The notes under the pieces: generated by a model
The model's input: the letters and a program-made list of their open reading frames with translations, nothing else
Databases searched by the model: none
What the model was told of the DNA's origin: nothing
Shown: positions 62,719-64,000 of the stretch, one piece after another
Layout of the letters: each line of letters begins with the position of its first letter
Position numbering within the stretch: the first letter of the stretch is position 1
Translations under genes and position numbers: made by a program
NCBI RefSeq assembly: GCF_032116555.1
Contig: NZ_CP134949.1
Coordinates: 1,550,001-1,614,000, forward strand
Reading direction: 5' to 3'
Source: Halorarum halobium
Lineage (GTDB): Archaea > Halobacteriota > Halobacteria > Halobacteriales > Haloferacaceae
Length of the DNA: 64,000 bases

Positions 62719-64000
62719 CTAGGCCGCCGCCGTCTCCGTCTCGCTCCCGTCCTCCTCGAGCGCGTCGCCCGCCTTCTCCGCCTCGGCCTGGACGATGAAC
62801 GAACGGTCGTCCGCGTGTTCGGCCGCGGCCTCGAGCGCGTCCGCGGTTCCGATCTGTCTGAGCGCCCACAGCGCCGCCGCACGCACGGAGTCGCTGTCGT
62901 CGTCGGCCGCGGTGTCCGCCAGCGGGTCGACCGCGCGAGCGTCGCCGATCATGCCGAGCGCTCGGGCCGCAAGCGGGCGCACCTCGTCGTTCTCCATGAC
63001 GAGTTTGTCGGCGAGCGGCTGGACGGCGTCCTCGTGACCGATCTCGCCGAGCGCCCTGAACGTCACCTTCTGGAGCGCCGGGTCGGAGTCGGCGTCGACG
63101 TACTCGACGAGCGTCTCGACCGCGTCGGCGGCGGCCATCTTGCCGAGCGCGCGGACGGCGGGCTTGTCCCGCTTCCCGGCGCGCTGGTGCATCGCCTCGA
63201 ACGCGCCCTCGTCGTTCATCCGCGTGATCGCCTCCAGCGCGTGCCGCTCCATGAAGTCCGACTGGAACGAGTCGAGCGCGAGCAGCACCATCTCGACGTT
63301 GCCGCGCTTCTCCCACTCCTTCAGGGCGGCCCACTCGGGCGGGAAGTCCTTGTAGTGGCCGAGCGCGTCGTAGTAGCCCTGCGCCTGCAGCTGTTCGTGC
63401 GTCTCCAGGTCGTCCCACTCCTCGGCGTCCTCGAGGTCGCTCGTCAGCGAGTCGGTCGCCTCGAGGAGCGCGGCGATCGCCGCCGCGTCCTCGTCCGCGT
63501 CGAAATCCTCGGCTTCGACGGCCTCGACGGCCGCGTCGAGGTCCTCCGCGAGTTCGTCGGCGGTCTCGCCGTCCCGCGAGAGGTCGGCGTCCAACACCTC
63601 GTTCACGTCCGCGAGGAAGGAGTCGACGACGCCGGGAAGGCTGGCCGCTCCGTCCTCGGTCCACCGCGTGTCCCGGAGCGTCGCCCGGGCGTCCTCCACG
63701 TCGGCGACGACGTCCTCGGCGTACGGGCCGCGCTGCTCGGCGAGTTCGTCGCGCTGGTCCGAGAGACGGGACTCGAGTTCCTCGCGGGGGTCCTCCGCGT
63801 CATCGTCGTCCTCGTCCGGTTCCGGAAGGCTGGCGGCCTCGAGGTCACTCTCGATCCCGTCGAGGTCGGCCTCCACGTCGTCGAGGTCGGATTCGGTCTC
63901 GGCGGATTCGAGCGCCTCCGCGGTTTCGTCGAGACGCGCGTCGAGGTCCTCGGCGGAGACGTCGGGTGCCGGTTCGCTCTCGCCCGCCTCGTCGCTCGCG
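62719..64000 (-). CDS. Acidic HEAT/PBS-lyase repeat protein (5' end outside window)
   Basis: Repeated AARALG.IG..AV.PL units; frame is open to the window edge. Confidence 0.88.
   Translation of the reverse strand, partial: ASDEAGESEPAPDVSAEDLDARLDETAEALESAETESDLDDVEADLDGIESDLEAASLPEPDEDDDDAEDPREELESRLSDQRDELAEQRGPYAEDVVADVEDARATLRDTRWTEDGAASLPGVVDSFLADVNEVLDADLSRDGETADELAEDLDAAVEAVEAEDFDADEDAAAIAALLEATDSLTSDLEDAEEWDDLETHEQLQAQGYYDALGHYKDFPPEWAALKEWEKRGNVEMVLLALDSFQSDFMERHALEAITRMNDEGAFEAMHQRAGKRDKPAVRALGKMAAADAVETLVEYVDADSDPALQKVTFRALGEIGHEDAVQPLADKLVMENDEVRPLAARALGMIGDARAVDPLADTAADDDSDSVRAAALWALRQIGTADALEAAAEHADDRSFIVQAEAEKAGDALEEDGSETETAAA

Overview
This is a GC-rich chromosomal window with an acidic proteome, consistent with a haloarchaeon (class Halobacteria). 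It is mostly core genes: thrS, elp3, tdk, tRNA-Leu(GAG), purF, rpl37e/lsm, priS-ginS, idsA-rnj, the rpl11-rpl1-rpl10-rpl12 cluster, EF-1beta, birA, glyA-folD, ribL-JAMM and two RecJ-like paralogues. Accessory blocks are a phenylacetyl-CoA epoxidase (paa) cluster, an orphan iron-ABC lipoprotein with DtxR-like boxes, a Gfo/TIM-barrel/Gfo sugar cluster, a three-gene membrane/KaiC-like operon and a stand-alone E1-YcaO fusion. The strongest leads are: (1) a two-gene module between tbsP and glyA, pairing a tiny secreted-peptide gene missing from the ORF track with a convergent 691-aa caspase/CHAT-like His-Cys protein, about 1 kb from the YcaO; (2) a dispersed family of non-coding palindromic elements (4 copies plus fragments) with co-varying stems and GNA-triloop hairpins; (3) an in-frame TAG near the start of an MscS gene; (4) a structured long leader on RNase J. 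I saw no CRISPR array, transposase or integrase. All family assignments come from motif recognition by eye, without database searches.
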